A model generated the notes under the pieces. It worked only from the letters and a program-made list of their open reading frames with translations, was not told the DNA's origin and made no database searches. Positions 11,590 through 23,488 of a DNA stretch of 64,000 bases are shown in pieces (the first letter of the stretch is position 1; every line of letters starts with the position of its first letter). This DNA comes from Lama guanicoe (lineage: Eukaryota), in NCBI GenBank assembly GCA_013239625.1, contig MU053376.1, positions 1,202,833 through 1,266,832 on the forward strand, read 5' to 3'. Both the position numbers and the translations under genes were made by a program.

Positions 11590-14500
11590 AAAAACACCCA
11601 TGCATGTATGGAAATTTGATAACAAGAGTTAGCATTGCAGATAAGAAGAGAAAGGACGGACTGTTCAGAAATGGTACTGGGAACAAGACAGGAGAGATGC
11701 ACTTTTCTTCTGCTAAGTGTAGCCAAAACATAAAGATTCTGAAAGGTGGTGAGAAGCAGATGGGCTGGGGACCTTGGGACATGAGGAATGACATGTGATG
11801 AGTGCTCCGGGTTTTCTTTTTACCTTGCTTATCCTGAACTAGGTGCTGGAGGACCTGGAAACCTGGAAACACCAATGGGTTCAGACAAAAAAAGCCTCCC
11901 CCACAAAAGTCAAGGACAAAGGAAGGGAAAAGGAGCAACGTAACAAGACAGTAAACTCCTTGACAGCAACGACCCTACTCCAGCCAAACGGCAAGTCCCA
12001 CCCGCATCACAAAGGCACCTGGAAAGCTTGGACTCCACCTCCATGCATCAGAACTCCCCTCCCTGCTGGGAGCCCTCCTCCCAGCAGCCCAGCAAGGTGG
12101 CACACACACACACATACACACAACAGGGTGTCAGTGGAGGCTGGGGGGGGGGGGACCTGGATATCTACCCCCACTTGACAGCAAAGAGTTGGTGCCCTCT
12201 TCCCCACCAGTGTGGAGTGTGAAGTCTGCTAAAACAAAAGATAAGATCTGGAGTCTCGCAACTCAACTGAGAAAAGACAATAACAGATGCCTATACCAAG
12301 AGGACACAAATATTGAAATGATCTGACTAGATTTATAAAGCAGCCATCACAAAGTGTTTCAAGGAACAATATGAGACATGTTTGAAACAAATGTTAATTC
12401 TCTGCAGATAGTGCAATATATAAAGAAAAAGCAAGTGTAAATTTTAGAATTGAGAAAAATTCAACCACCAAAAGAAAAAACTTACTTAGAAGGGCTTGAC
12501 AGCAGATGAAGAAGACAAAGGAACAAATCAATGTATTTGGAGATGGAACTATATAAATCATCCAAACCAAACAATAGAGAGAAAACTAACTAAAAAACAA
12601 AACAGAAACAAAAACAGAACCTCAGGGCCTTATGGGATTAGTATAGAAGATCTAACATGTGTGTCATCAGAATCCCTAAAGCAGAGGAGGATGAAGTCAG
12701 GCTAAAAAGGATATTTGAAAAACTAATGACTGAAAATGTCCCAAAGTTCGCAAAAGGCATAAATCTACAGATTCAAGAAGCTGAATGAATTCCAAACAGG
12801 ATAAACCCAAAGAAATCTGGGCCAAGACACATCATAATCCAATTTCTGAAAACTTTTGTGCATCAAAGGACGTCACCAAGAAACTGAAAAGGTAACCCAA
12901 CAGAATTGGGAAAAAAATATTGGCCAGTCACTTATCTGATAACAGTCTAGTATTCAGAATATGGAAAGAACTCTTACAACTCAACAACAAAAAAAGACAA
13001 GCTAGCTAGTTAAAATACAGGTAAATGGCCTGATAAGACATTTCTCCAAAGAAGATATGCAAATAGGTTATAAGCACATGAAAAGGTGCTCAACACCACT
13101 AGTCATTAAGGAAATGCAAATTAAAACCACAATGAGATACTACTTTACACCCACCAGGATGGCTATTAAAAAAAAGTTGATGTGGAATAAGAAGTGTTGA
13201 CAACGATATAGAGAAATTGGAATCCTCATACATAGGTAGTAGAAATGTAAATGCTGCAGCCACTGTGGAAAACAGCTAGCATTACTAAAAATGTTAAACG
13301 TAGAATTGCCATATGACCCAGCATTTCCACTCCTAGGCATATATCCAAAAAATTGAAAACAAGTACTCAAATATCTGTGCATGAATGCTCAAAGTGGCAT
13401 TATTCTCAATATCCAAGACGTGGAAAGAATCCAAATGTCCATCAGTGAATAAATGAATAAAAAGACTGTGGTATATCCATACAATGAAATATTGCTCACT
13501 CATAAAAAGACACAGATACATGCTACAACATGGATGAAGCTTGAAAACCTTATACTCAGTGAAAGAAGCCAGTCACAGAACATCACATACTGAACAATTC
13601 CATTTAGATGAAAAATCTAGAAGTAAATCCATTGACACAGAAGCAGATTAGCAGTTGCCAGGAGAGGGTTGGGGAGTAACTGACTGCCCAGTGGGTACTC
13701 AGTTTAATTTTAGGGTGATGATGTTTTCAAAGTAGATAGAAGCAGTGGTCTCACAGCATCATGAATGTCCTAAATGCGACTGAAATGCCCATTTTAAAAT
13801 AGTAAATTTTATGTTAAGTGAATTATCCTCAATTTAAAATTTTTCTGATTCCTGTCATTGTTCTATGAATACGTTTACGTCTTTAGGCTAAGGAAATGAA
13901 GGCTGAAGTTTTGGGTAGGGAGTAAAAGATCATCATGTTTCTACAAATTAGTTCAAGAAAAAATAATAGATAACATCATAAAACACCTGGGGGAAATGTT
14001 AAGAATTGGTACAGCTAGGTGAAGGCCACACAGGAATTCTTGGTTGGAAACTTTCTGTTAAGTTTCAAGTCATTTTTAAAAATCACACTTTCAAAAAAGA
14101 CACCAAGAAAAGGGTGAAAATACAAGCCCACTGGTGGGGGGCAGTGTTAGTAATGGGAGACCCTGCATGTGTATAGGGAGGGGTTATCTGGCGAATCTCT
14201 GTATTTTCCTCTCAATTTTGCTATGAGCCTAAAACTGCTGCCAAAAAACAAACAAACAAAAAATCTCAAAAAAGAAGAAAAGATAACCCCAAACTACTAG
14301 AAAGTAAGTTCTACACTTACGGCTGACGAAGAATTAAGTATCCAAAATATATAAAGAGCGCCTATAAATTAACAAGAAAAAGGTAAATAATCTAATAGAA
14401 AAATGGGCAAGACACATGAACAGGCATTTCAGAGATGAGGAAACACAAATGACCAACAAACATGAAAAGATGCTCAATGTATCAGTAATAAGAAAATACA

Positions 14501-15200
14501 AATTATAATCATAATAAAATGCCATCTGATAGCCACTACATTGACAAAAACTAAATCTGGCAATGCTACATTTAGAACAATGGAGCTCTGAATATATTGC
14601 TGGTAGGAACGTGAAATGGTGCAGCCACTTGGTAGAGCAACTTAGCACACTCTGTTAAGTTGAAGAGGGATATATCCTTTGATTCCATGACTAGTGGGGC
14701 AATTCCACTCCCAGGGATATTCATTCAACCAGAAAAAGGTTCAGGTACACAATAGTCACGTGTCACAATGTTTGTAGCAGCATTGCTTGTATTAGGAAAA
14801 CTTGAAAGCAACCCAAATGTTCAATAATTAAGAGTGGATAAATATATTTTTACAGTAACTAAATAGCAGTAAAGATGAATGAACTAGAGCTCAAATACTG
14901 GATGAAGCTCACAACATAATACTGAATGATAAAGAGAAGTTACAGAAGGATGCTATGCTGTCTAATTTAAATACAATCCAAAATCATGAGAAGCTAAGCT
15001 AGTCTGTGGATACTGTGAAGAAAAGGAAAAGAATGAAAAGTAGAAGATCCAGGTTACGGGTTACCTCGGGGGAAAGGAAGGAAGGGAACACAGTCAGGGA
15101 GGGATACATTGAGGTCTTCAATGAGTTAGCCATGATTTTTTTTTTTACTCTCCGGAGTGGGAATCTAACTGCTCATTATGTAATTATTATACCTTTTCAG
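11590..15200 (+). mobile_element. Cluster of old L1M fragments (ORF1-like 12.3-12.85 kb; ORF2 end and 3'UTR 12.85-13.84 kb; further fragments to 15.2 kb)
   Basis: Typical L1 motifs: cagattcaagaagctgaa, ccaagacacatcataat, gacatttctccaaagaagat, gacccagcatttccactcctagg, ccaaatgtccatcagtgaa; reading frames broken. Confidence 0.85.
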
Positions 15201-16939
15201 ATGCAGAAGACAGGTTATAATAGAATGTCAAAAAAAAAAAGTTTTTCAGGTATGAATTTTTTTATCTACTTAGGAAAATTCCAGGTACCCACATGCGTAT
15301 GTATCAGTCCACTTTAACCCTGCTGATTTCCGAAACGTGGCTTTAATGTATGAATGCAAGGGTCATCAATAGTGCCTCTTGCAGACTCTTTTTACAAAGC
15401 AATCATCAGAAAGCAAGCCTTTTGCTTGCAGGGGTGAGCAGACGTCCTGGAGTCCTTCTGCGATACCCAGAAGAGAGACACTGGGGAGCGCTGTTTCACT
15501 ACTTAGGTGCCTGATAGTTTTTCCACCCACTTTTGGCAGCTTGTTATCATGGAAAGGGCACTAGAATGAAAATTGGGAAACTGGAATTCTATACCAATTT
15601 TAATTCCAACTCTATGGTTTGGAAAAGGCATACCTCCTCTCTGTTTGTTTCCCCATCTATGAGATAAACCATATAGCCTCCTTCAAGAAACCTTTCAGAT
15701 AGGAAATTCTATGATCAATAATTACTTACAGTAAATCATGCCTGGATGCATGAAGTGTGATGAATAGTGCCTGGTGCTCATGAAGCCCTGAGATTAAAAT
15801 AACTCAGGGGTCCTCATGTGAGAGTTACAACAGGAAACTCCTCTCCCTAACATGGATACATATATCTACACCCATAATGCAAATGATAAATTAGCTAAAA
15901 TCACTAATTCTTAGATGAAAAGGAAAGGAAAGCTGAGCTTCCTAAACAAATTCGTCTTTTTCCTATAGAAAGAGACCACTTCTGCTTATAATCCAGCTTT
16001 ATGAAAATAAGTTTAACTTTATTATCATCTTAGAATCATTTAAATCAGAGTTTGGTTTGACTATCTCTTTCTGCTTCTCTTATATTTCAAAAAACTGGGT
16101 TTTATTACACAGAAAGACTCAGCATGTAATCAATAAGACAAAGACACATTGATTATTAAGCACATTTAAGCATATCTACCAGGAGGTCAGTATTTTTACA
16201 AGAAGAATGTTAAATTACATTCCTTGTAAGGGTGGCATTTAGCTCCCATTAGCACACGTCAAAGGTAAGAACAAAGGGCTTATTAAGCAGTTATAGAATA
16301 TGTAATTTACTCTTCACTTTGACCCAATTGGAATACACAGCTCCTGCTGGGAATAAGGATGTTTTTCAATTAATTAAGAAGCTGCTGTAGAGACATTTAA
16401 CATCAGGTCTCCTGAAATCTTTACACTCAGCTCAGACCACACACTTAACGGTAGTCCTTTAACATACATTCCCGTGGTGCACTGGGCCTTCTGACCGCAG
16501 CACTTGGGGTAGGCCCTACTCTTGCCAATTACAGGCCTACATGGTATCTTATCAGCAACAGTAGCAATTGAGACACAGAGAGTAAAAATCCTATTAAAGT
16601 TCTGGCACAAAGACATTGAAAGAGACCTCAGAATTGGAAATGAAAAAGAGACATGAAGCTTTCTTTCCCTTTCTTTCCCTTCCTTGAATGTCAGCGTGCC
16701 CTGCACTGGAAGTCGGGCAGAGGGGACATGGACACAGCGTGTCAGCATGCCTGGAGGCCAAAGAAATGGAGTAGGGGGCTGTGTATATGGAGAGGGAGTT
16801 TGGGGTACCTGGTGGTTGCAGAACAGGGGCAGGAGGGGAGCGGACAGCAAGGAGGCTTTAGTGTGCCCTGGGTCCGAGGAAGGGAGGCAGGGAGGGGAGG
16901 GCCACGTGGAAGTGTTGGCATGTCCAGTGGTCACGTAAG

Positions 16940-18520
16940 TGATGATGGGGGTTATGCAGAGAAGGACTGGCTATTGTGACTGGGAGACTGCTTACACCGA
17001 GAACGTTAGAAAATAGAGCAAGAATGTAAATATATTGAGGATAATGGAAGTCAGGTTTCTCATTGTCAGAGAAGTGACTTACAAACACAGAAAGGGGGAA
17101 GGTTAGAAAGTACATTGTAATGTTGGATTGTAAGTGGAGATCGATATGGACTCGTGGCTTAAAATTTATATAGAGAGAAATACAAAAATAATGAGAAATA
17201 CATATGTGTATGTGTACTTATATACCCACATTTATTTTCTAGCTCTACCCACTGAGAGTCTAGAAGCAATCACTCCCCAGTGGCAATGAGATCACTGAAA
17301 GCCTAGATCTTGGTTTCTGAGCACCATCCTGCAATAAAAAGAATCAGCCCTGCCAGGGCAGAAAAAGCACTAGTGCCAGAAATTAAGGAAATGCTCAGGG
17401 AATGGTGAGGACATGCCAAAAGGACAAAATATCCATCTTGAAGGGGATCCCACTGGCCAAATCTGGCATTTTGATCATTAAAATAATTATGTCAACACTG
17501 AAATAAAATAATCAACACAACCACTGAAATGAAAAGTCAATGAATCCACACTAATATGAATGAATGACTGAACATAGAAATGAACCAACCAATCAATCAA
17601 TCAATGAGGGAGAAGGGAAAGTCTTCCTTACAGTCGAATAGCAACTAATACATTTAGAAGAAATAACAGAAATGGAAAATCTCAATGGGCCACCATGATA
17701 ATGCGGGTTGAATTAGGCAGTTGTTTCTGGGCGCTGAGCTAATGGCTGAGGTTGGCGGAGGAACGCTATATTGCTGTCACTTCAGAGTATTTCCCCACAA
17801 AATACTGTTCCATTCCAAAGGGGAAAATGACGGTTTTATGCAGAAGCCTGACCGACACCAACTTTTCCAGGTGATTAAGGTTAACATTACCAGCGGTGGG
17901 ACAGAATGACATTGTTCCCTGGCATGACTCACGAGAAGAGCTCGGCGTCTTTTCTGGGGCATTCCTGCCCGGCTGCGTGGCCTCCATGAATAGTCAAAAG
18001 AAAAACCAGACAAGAAAAATCATTCTGTGGAATGAAAGGCCTAGGCTCTTTGAAATAGTCACGGGCACTTGACAGGGAAAGGTTGAGGCACTGTTGTTCC
18101 AGACTGAAGGAGGCTAAAGAGACCTGACACGTGTTCCTGGATTGACTGGCTGTGGACCAAAAGGCAAAAGACATTATTGGAACAGTTGGTGAATTTGAAT
18201 GGGCTCTGAGTATTGGATGGTCCTGTTGAGCCAACGTGAATTTCCTTATTTGGGATGTATGTGGTGGTTATGTGGGAAAGCACCCTTTGGGGGCAGGCAG
18301 AATACACGACACAGAGCTGAGCCTTCTGCATGTCTACAGTTTCCTCTCAGTGGTTCAGAAAGACACAGTGGTAAGGGTACACATGCACAACACACGCACA
18401 GCGAATGGGGTCAAAGGTAACCACGGGATCATCTGGGATATGGGGTTCTGTGTACTATTCTTGCAACTTTCCCTACGTTTGAAATTATCTCAGAATAAAT
18501 TACTTCTTAAAATGTGCGAA
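16940..18520 (+). mobile_element. Old L1 (L1MC/L1MD-like) 3'UTR fragment
   Basis: caggtgattaaggttaacattaccag, gacattattggaacagttggtgaatttgaatggg, ttcttgcaactttccctacgtttgaaatt. Confidence 0.6.
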
Positions 18521-18819
18521 GAAGCAGGGGACAGATTTAAACATAAGATTAAGAAGGAATCCTATATAGTGTAGGACACATATCACTTTTTTTAAAGAGC
18601 CTGGTCTGCCTTATTTAACACACAGTGCTTAGAGAACAATCTTTAATTATCTCTGTATATTTAATTATATAAATACATCTGTAGGTACCCACTTAGGAGT
18701 TCAATACCAAAGATTCAGTTTCCATTATATTATCTTTCACTAAGTACATTGCTTTGTATTACGGGTAATTAAATATCATCCTTCTTATATAATAATATTA
18801 ATGATAAGAATAATTCTTA

Positions 18820-19015
18820 TTTATACTTAGAGAGCTCTTGTTATGTGCCATCACTACGCTATTTTACATACTTTCACTTAATCCTCACAGCATTCTATGA
18901 AGTTGAAACTATTATTACCCTTATTTACAGATGAGGAAACTAAGACCCAGAGAAGGCATGTGTCTTACCCCAGGTAGTGGTAGGACTGGAATTTGAACCC
19001 AGGCAGCCTGACTCT
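18820..19015 (-). mobile_element. MIR SINE
   Basis: ttaatcctcacagc...tttacagatgaggaaactaagacccagaga...atttgaacccaggcagcctgactc. Confidence 0.75.
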
Positions 19016-19034
19016 AGGGTTTTTATTTTATTTT

Positions 19035-19160
19035 AGTTGAGGGGGGAGGTAATTAGGTTTGTTTATTTACTTATTTATAGAGGAGGTGCTGGGGTTTGAA
19101 CCCAGGACCTCACGCATGCTAAGTATGTGCTTTACCGCTTGAGCTATACCCTCCCTACCC
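19035..19160 (-). mobile_element. tRNA-derived SINE (same family)
   Basis: Reverse complement GGGAGGGTATAGCTCAAGCGGTAAAGC...GGTTCAAACCCCAGCACCTCC plus tail. Confidence 0.8.
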
Positions 19161-21496
19161 CTCCAGAGTCTATTTTCAGTACACATTTTCTTCGCTTCCA
19201 GAGCACAACTTAAATTTCTTCAGGACAAGAGCTAGGACTCCTTCTGCACCATTTTCTTCCTCAAGAAGGTCTAGCACAAGGCCCTGTACATGACAAATAA
19301 TTGGTAACTCACAGGCTGAGACCCAGGGGTGGAAGCTTTGTTTCAGTCATTCCCCGGACGGTCGTCAATTCACTGTGACGTAAGCACCGTCTCTCAAGAG
19401 AATACATTAAGGTATGTCTAAGAGATGGCACAGAACAGGGGGCCAGAAAGACAAATCATCCACATCAGTATAGGGCAGAGGCTCCTTTCAGTTCCACTAA
19501 CAGGAACTGAGTAACTCTCACCACTCTCCATATGCCTGGTATTGAATCAAATACAGAGGTTTCAGATGTAGGTTTTACCCTCAAAAAAATTTATTTAACT
19601 TTTTTTTTTTACCCTCAAAATTTTACAACCTAGAGCAAAAGATCCTGAGCAGAAGGTGCGAGTAGGGGTTGACTGACAAGGCAGATTCCTAGGTCCAGAC
19701 CCACAGAACACATCTTGAGAAGCTCCTCAAGGAAGGTATAGGATGGATGGCAAGATGAAAAGAGGGCATTCCAGGCTGGGAGAACTGAATGAGCTGAGAT
19801 TCTGGCAGGAAAGAGCGTGTTGTGTCAGGGAGAGAAGGAAACCCTCAGCTGGGGCCAGGAGCGCTCGGGAGCACGCAGCTCCCAGGGCCCGCTGCCCTCT
19901 GCGGACGGGATGCAGCAGCCCCGGCACACAGGGGTGCATGAACACTTCACCCTTTGGACCTACTCCCAAGTCCAGGGTAACTGTTACGTCCTGGTTTGCC
20001 AGGACAGTCCTGTTTTACTCCTGTTAATCCAGCATCCCTCCTGGTTAGTCTTTCATTCTCAAAAGCATCCTGTGGGATGACAAATTATACAGTCACCCTT
20101 CTCAAACCTCACTTTATGCAACCTCACTGTAGGTTATTTTGCCTCGCTACTGCCCCCAAACCCTATTTTTCCCTCTTCGGGAGAAGGAGACTTAGAATCT
20201 GAATTACACACATTGGTTTAACTGCCTTCTCTATCAATGGATGCATAAGCTGTGTGTAGTCTATCTGATGAAAAAAAACTAAAATAAAAATATTGACCTG
20301 GCTTTCCTGGTGGTCTCAATCACCAAATCAAATGGGCCGCACATGTGATTTCATAACACGCACACACACCTACAGTATAAAAAAGTGTCCAGAAATGACA
20401 TAATCCAAATCTCAAAGTGGTTTGTATTCCACTAGAAGCCTACTAAAATGAGAGGAAAATGTGTGTTCGTTGGTGTTTCAAAGAAATGCAAATGCTACCT
20501 TTGTGAGTACTTAGACTGTTAGGTACAGACCACTGCTCTTAAGTAATTAAAGTCTATGGTGTTAGACGAGCGTCTCAATGAACACGCTTTTTACCACGTT
20601 TTACATGGAAATGTAGTGCTTATTTACATGTACTTTCAGATTTAAAGTTGAACAGGTGTCTTGGGGCCCTTCTGAGAATCCAAATGGCTTACGTAAATCC
20701 TTCAGATCAAAGCATTTTATGCCATCACAAAATTTCTATTTAATTCTATCGCCAATTCAAAATATTGATGGGGTTTTATCTGGGGTTTACGTAAGGCAAA
20801 GACTGAAGGGTATTGGTCCCACCTCATGTGTTTTAAATACTCAAGCTGCTGTTTCTCCTGTAAACGTCTTTGCAGGAACTATACAAAAGGATTTCCTGGG
20901 CAAACAAGGTTCAGTGTGAATGGGAAGGATTCCTTTAATGAGCCATTTGGAAGATTTAAAAAATTCTTTTAGAAAATTTGATGAGATATCAGAATTCCTT
21001 CATCAGATCTGAATTCTGCTGAAATGGGAAGCTAAAGTCACAGCATACTGAGGGAACGTTTATTTGGAGGGTTCTTTTCATTTGGTCTTTAAACTCAGCA
21101 AGTAGTCTAAATACTAGGTCATATTTGCAAACTTACCTATTTGTCACTAGAGCTGTTTGGTAGATTTGATGAGGTGAGCTTTGGGCTCCTACTGTATGCA
21201 AGAACCCGTGACAGCCACTGAAGGGGATGAAAGGCAATTGTAAAGGGATGCACAAGATTGGCCTTTGAGACATTCCTTACATGATCACAGGATTTTAACC
21301 ACAAGAAAAATGGGGATGGGGTGGGAAAATGAAAAGAACTCCAGGCATAAAGAACAGCTGAGGCAAAGGCATGTGGGAAGAAAGTGTGAGAAGTGCAGAA
21401 ACAAGTAAGTACTGTTTGGATGCGAGGATGGTGAGGGAGGAGAAGTGACAGGAGATACTGGAGTCTCCTCATGGTGTATAGTAAGTTTGCATCTTT

Positions 21497-21675
21497 AAAA
21501 AACAAATTTCTTCTGTATAGCACAGGGAACTATATTCAAGATCTTGTAATAATCTTTAATGAAAAAGAACATGAAAATGAATATATGTATATATAAGCAT
21601 GACTGGGACATTGTGCTGTATGCCAGAAATTGACACATTGTAACTGACTATATTTAAATATAAACCAAAAAAAAG
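21497..21675 (+). mobile_element. 5'-truncated young L1 3' end with TSD
   Basis: ctgtatagcacagggaactatattcaa...ccagaaattgacacattgtaactgactata plus A tail; TSD-like tttgcatctt on both sides. Confidence 0.8.
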
Positions 21676-22737
21676 AACTTTGCATCTTGTTCTAAAGTCT
21701 CCAGGCAAATGAATGACATGATCCAATCTCTGCTGGTAGGTCTGAACCAGAATTAAAGAGAGGCCAGTTAGGAAGATTTTGCAACTGCTCGAATTTTTTA
21801 AAAAGTATATGGGTGCAGGCAAGGGTAACAGCAGAGGGAGGAGAAGGAGCGATACTTTTTCAAAGCTTCTAATTCTAATCCATAGGACCTGGCAGCTGTT
21901 TATATGTGAGGAATTGTGGGGAGTGAACATTGCAAGATAACTCGGCCTTGGACAGTGGGAAAGCGGTGAAACCATCCAGATAAAGAGAAGCCACAAATGC
22001 AGGTTTGGAGTGAGTGGAAATGAGCTTGGTCCTGGAGCCTAAGTGTGAGATGCTGGGATATAACCATGGGGAAAAGCATAGATACATCTCTCTAATCTTG
22101 GAAATGTTCCTGATTATAAACAACATGTGTTGGGAGGCGGTGGGACATGCAGACCCATGCCTAGGACAGGGGTCTGTGTGGAGGTCTAGGTGGAGTCATG
22201 ACATAGAGGTGGGAAGTGGGAGGCAAAGACACGGCCAAGGGAGAGCGTGCAGAAGACTGAAAGAGTCACTAGCCGTGATGTCTTGGAGTTCATTATGTCA
22301 GCTAATGATGCGTGGTGGCCTCCGCTAAGCTAAGGGTTTTACCAGCCTCTCCCTTCCCGGCCACCCTGCGCGGTGGGGGCTGCTGTTAAACTGAGCTTGG
22401 AGGCTTACACTGATTACAGTCACGCGCAGCTAGCAAGTGGAAGGGCAGGGTCTCCATGCCAGCTAGACCTCACCCCCAAACCTGTTCCTCTCACAGCCCA
22501 GGCCGTGTGCTTCGTGTGATGAGGGTAGAAGCCAGACCTCAGTGTCTGGGAGAGAGGGAACAGGAAACTCACCTTTGTTCCAGGCTCACTGTGGGTCTGT
22601 GTGTGGCCACACGTGGAGAAATGAGAGAGGGGACAACAGCTGGAGGGGAGGGAGGGTGGCTGCTATTTCAGGGAGGAGCAGGAGGACACTGTTACTCTGG
22701 GCCCTGTGCTGGAACATGGAAATAGTTCCACAAAACA

Positions 22738-22830
22738 GGGCTGGGGGTGTAGCTCAGTGGTAAAGTGCCTGCTTGGCATGAGTGAGGTCTTGGATTCAAT
22801 CCCCGGTACCTCCATTAAAACCTTTTTTTA
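22738..22830 (+). mobile_element. tRNA-derived SINE (same family); its tail is interrupted by a second SINE
   Basis: GGGGGTGTAGCTCAGTGGTAAAG...GGATTCAATCCCCGGTACCTCC; TSD-like aaatagttccacaaaaca (22720-22737) and aaaagtttcacaaaaca (23022-23038). Confidence 0.8.
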
Positions 22831-22880
22831 ATTTTTAAAAAATAACTTTATATTTTATTTATTATTATATTGTTTAATTA

Positions 22881-23001
22881 TTTTATTTTGGTAGGGGGAG
22901 GTAAATAGGTTTATTTATTTTTAGAGGAGGTACTGGGGATTGAACCCAGGACCTCATGCATGCTAAGCAAGCTCTCTACCACTGAGCTATACCCTCCCCC
23001 C
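22881..23001 (-). mobile_element. tRNA-derived SINE (same family), nested in inverted orientation
   Basis: Reverse complement GGGGGGAGGGTATAGCTCAGTGGTAGAG...GGTTCAATCCCCAGTACCTCC. Confidence 0.85.
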
Positions 23002-23189
23002 AACTTTTTTTTTAAAAAAGGAAAAGTTTCACAAAACAGAAACCTGCATTAAAAATGAGCTTTTAAAAACTAGGCTTTTCCCATTATAACAGAATGTAGT
23101 GACTTGCTCTCTCCTTATTCCCATGACAAGCGCTATTTCCTATATTTAATATATGTGTAAAAGTATTCATGCATTAGAATTGTACATAC

Positions 23190-23260
23190 TTTTTGGGGTC
23201 TCTTGTTTTTTTCTGATGAGAGTATGATATTTCCTTTCAAAATGATAGTGGCATTAAGCT
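23190..23260 (-). CDS. LEMD1: LEMD1 coding exon 3, (E)LNATIILKGNIILSSEKNKRPQK
   Basis: Acceptor ttttgtttcccacgatccag|, donor AAA|gtatgt; 71 nt, phase 1-0, keeps frame with neighbouring exons; lies inside ORF 23133..23330. Confidence 0.88.
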
Positions 23261-23360
23261 CTGGATCGTGGGAAACAAAAGGAAAATAGGCCATGAGAAC
23301 ATACGAGTTGGCAAAGGGAATACGCAGCAATTGTATACGTCATAGGGCAAGGGAGCTTTA

Positions 23361-23488
23361 GGGGGAGGGTATAGCTCAAGTGGTAGAGCACCTGCTCGGC
23401 ATGCATGATGTCCTAGGTTCAATCCCCAAGACCTCCTCTAAGGATAAATAAATAAACAAACCTAATTACCTACCCCACCAAAAAAATA
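23361..23488 (+). mobile_element. tRNA-derived SINE (same family)
   Basis: GGGGGAGGGTATAGCTCAAGTGGTAGAGC...GGTTCAATCCCC plus aaataaataaac tail. Confidence 0.85.

Noticed and set aside
13140..14648. Minus-strand ORFs 13140..13382, 13333..13521 and 14334..14648
   Set aside because: Antisense translations of degenerate L1 sequence
22738..23488. tRNA-like A/B boxes as tRNA genes
   Set aside because: Multiple diverged copies with AT-rich tails and TSDs indicate SINEs; no complete cloverleaf was evident
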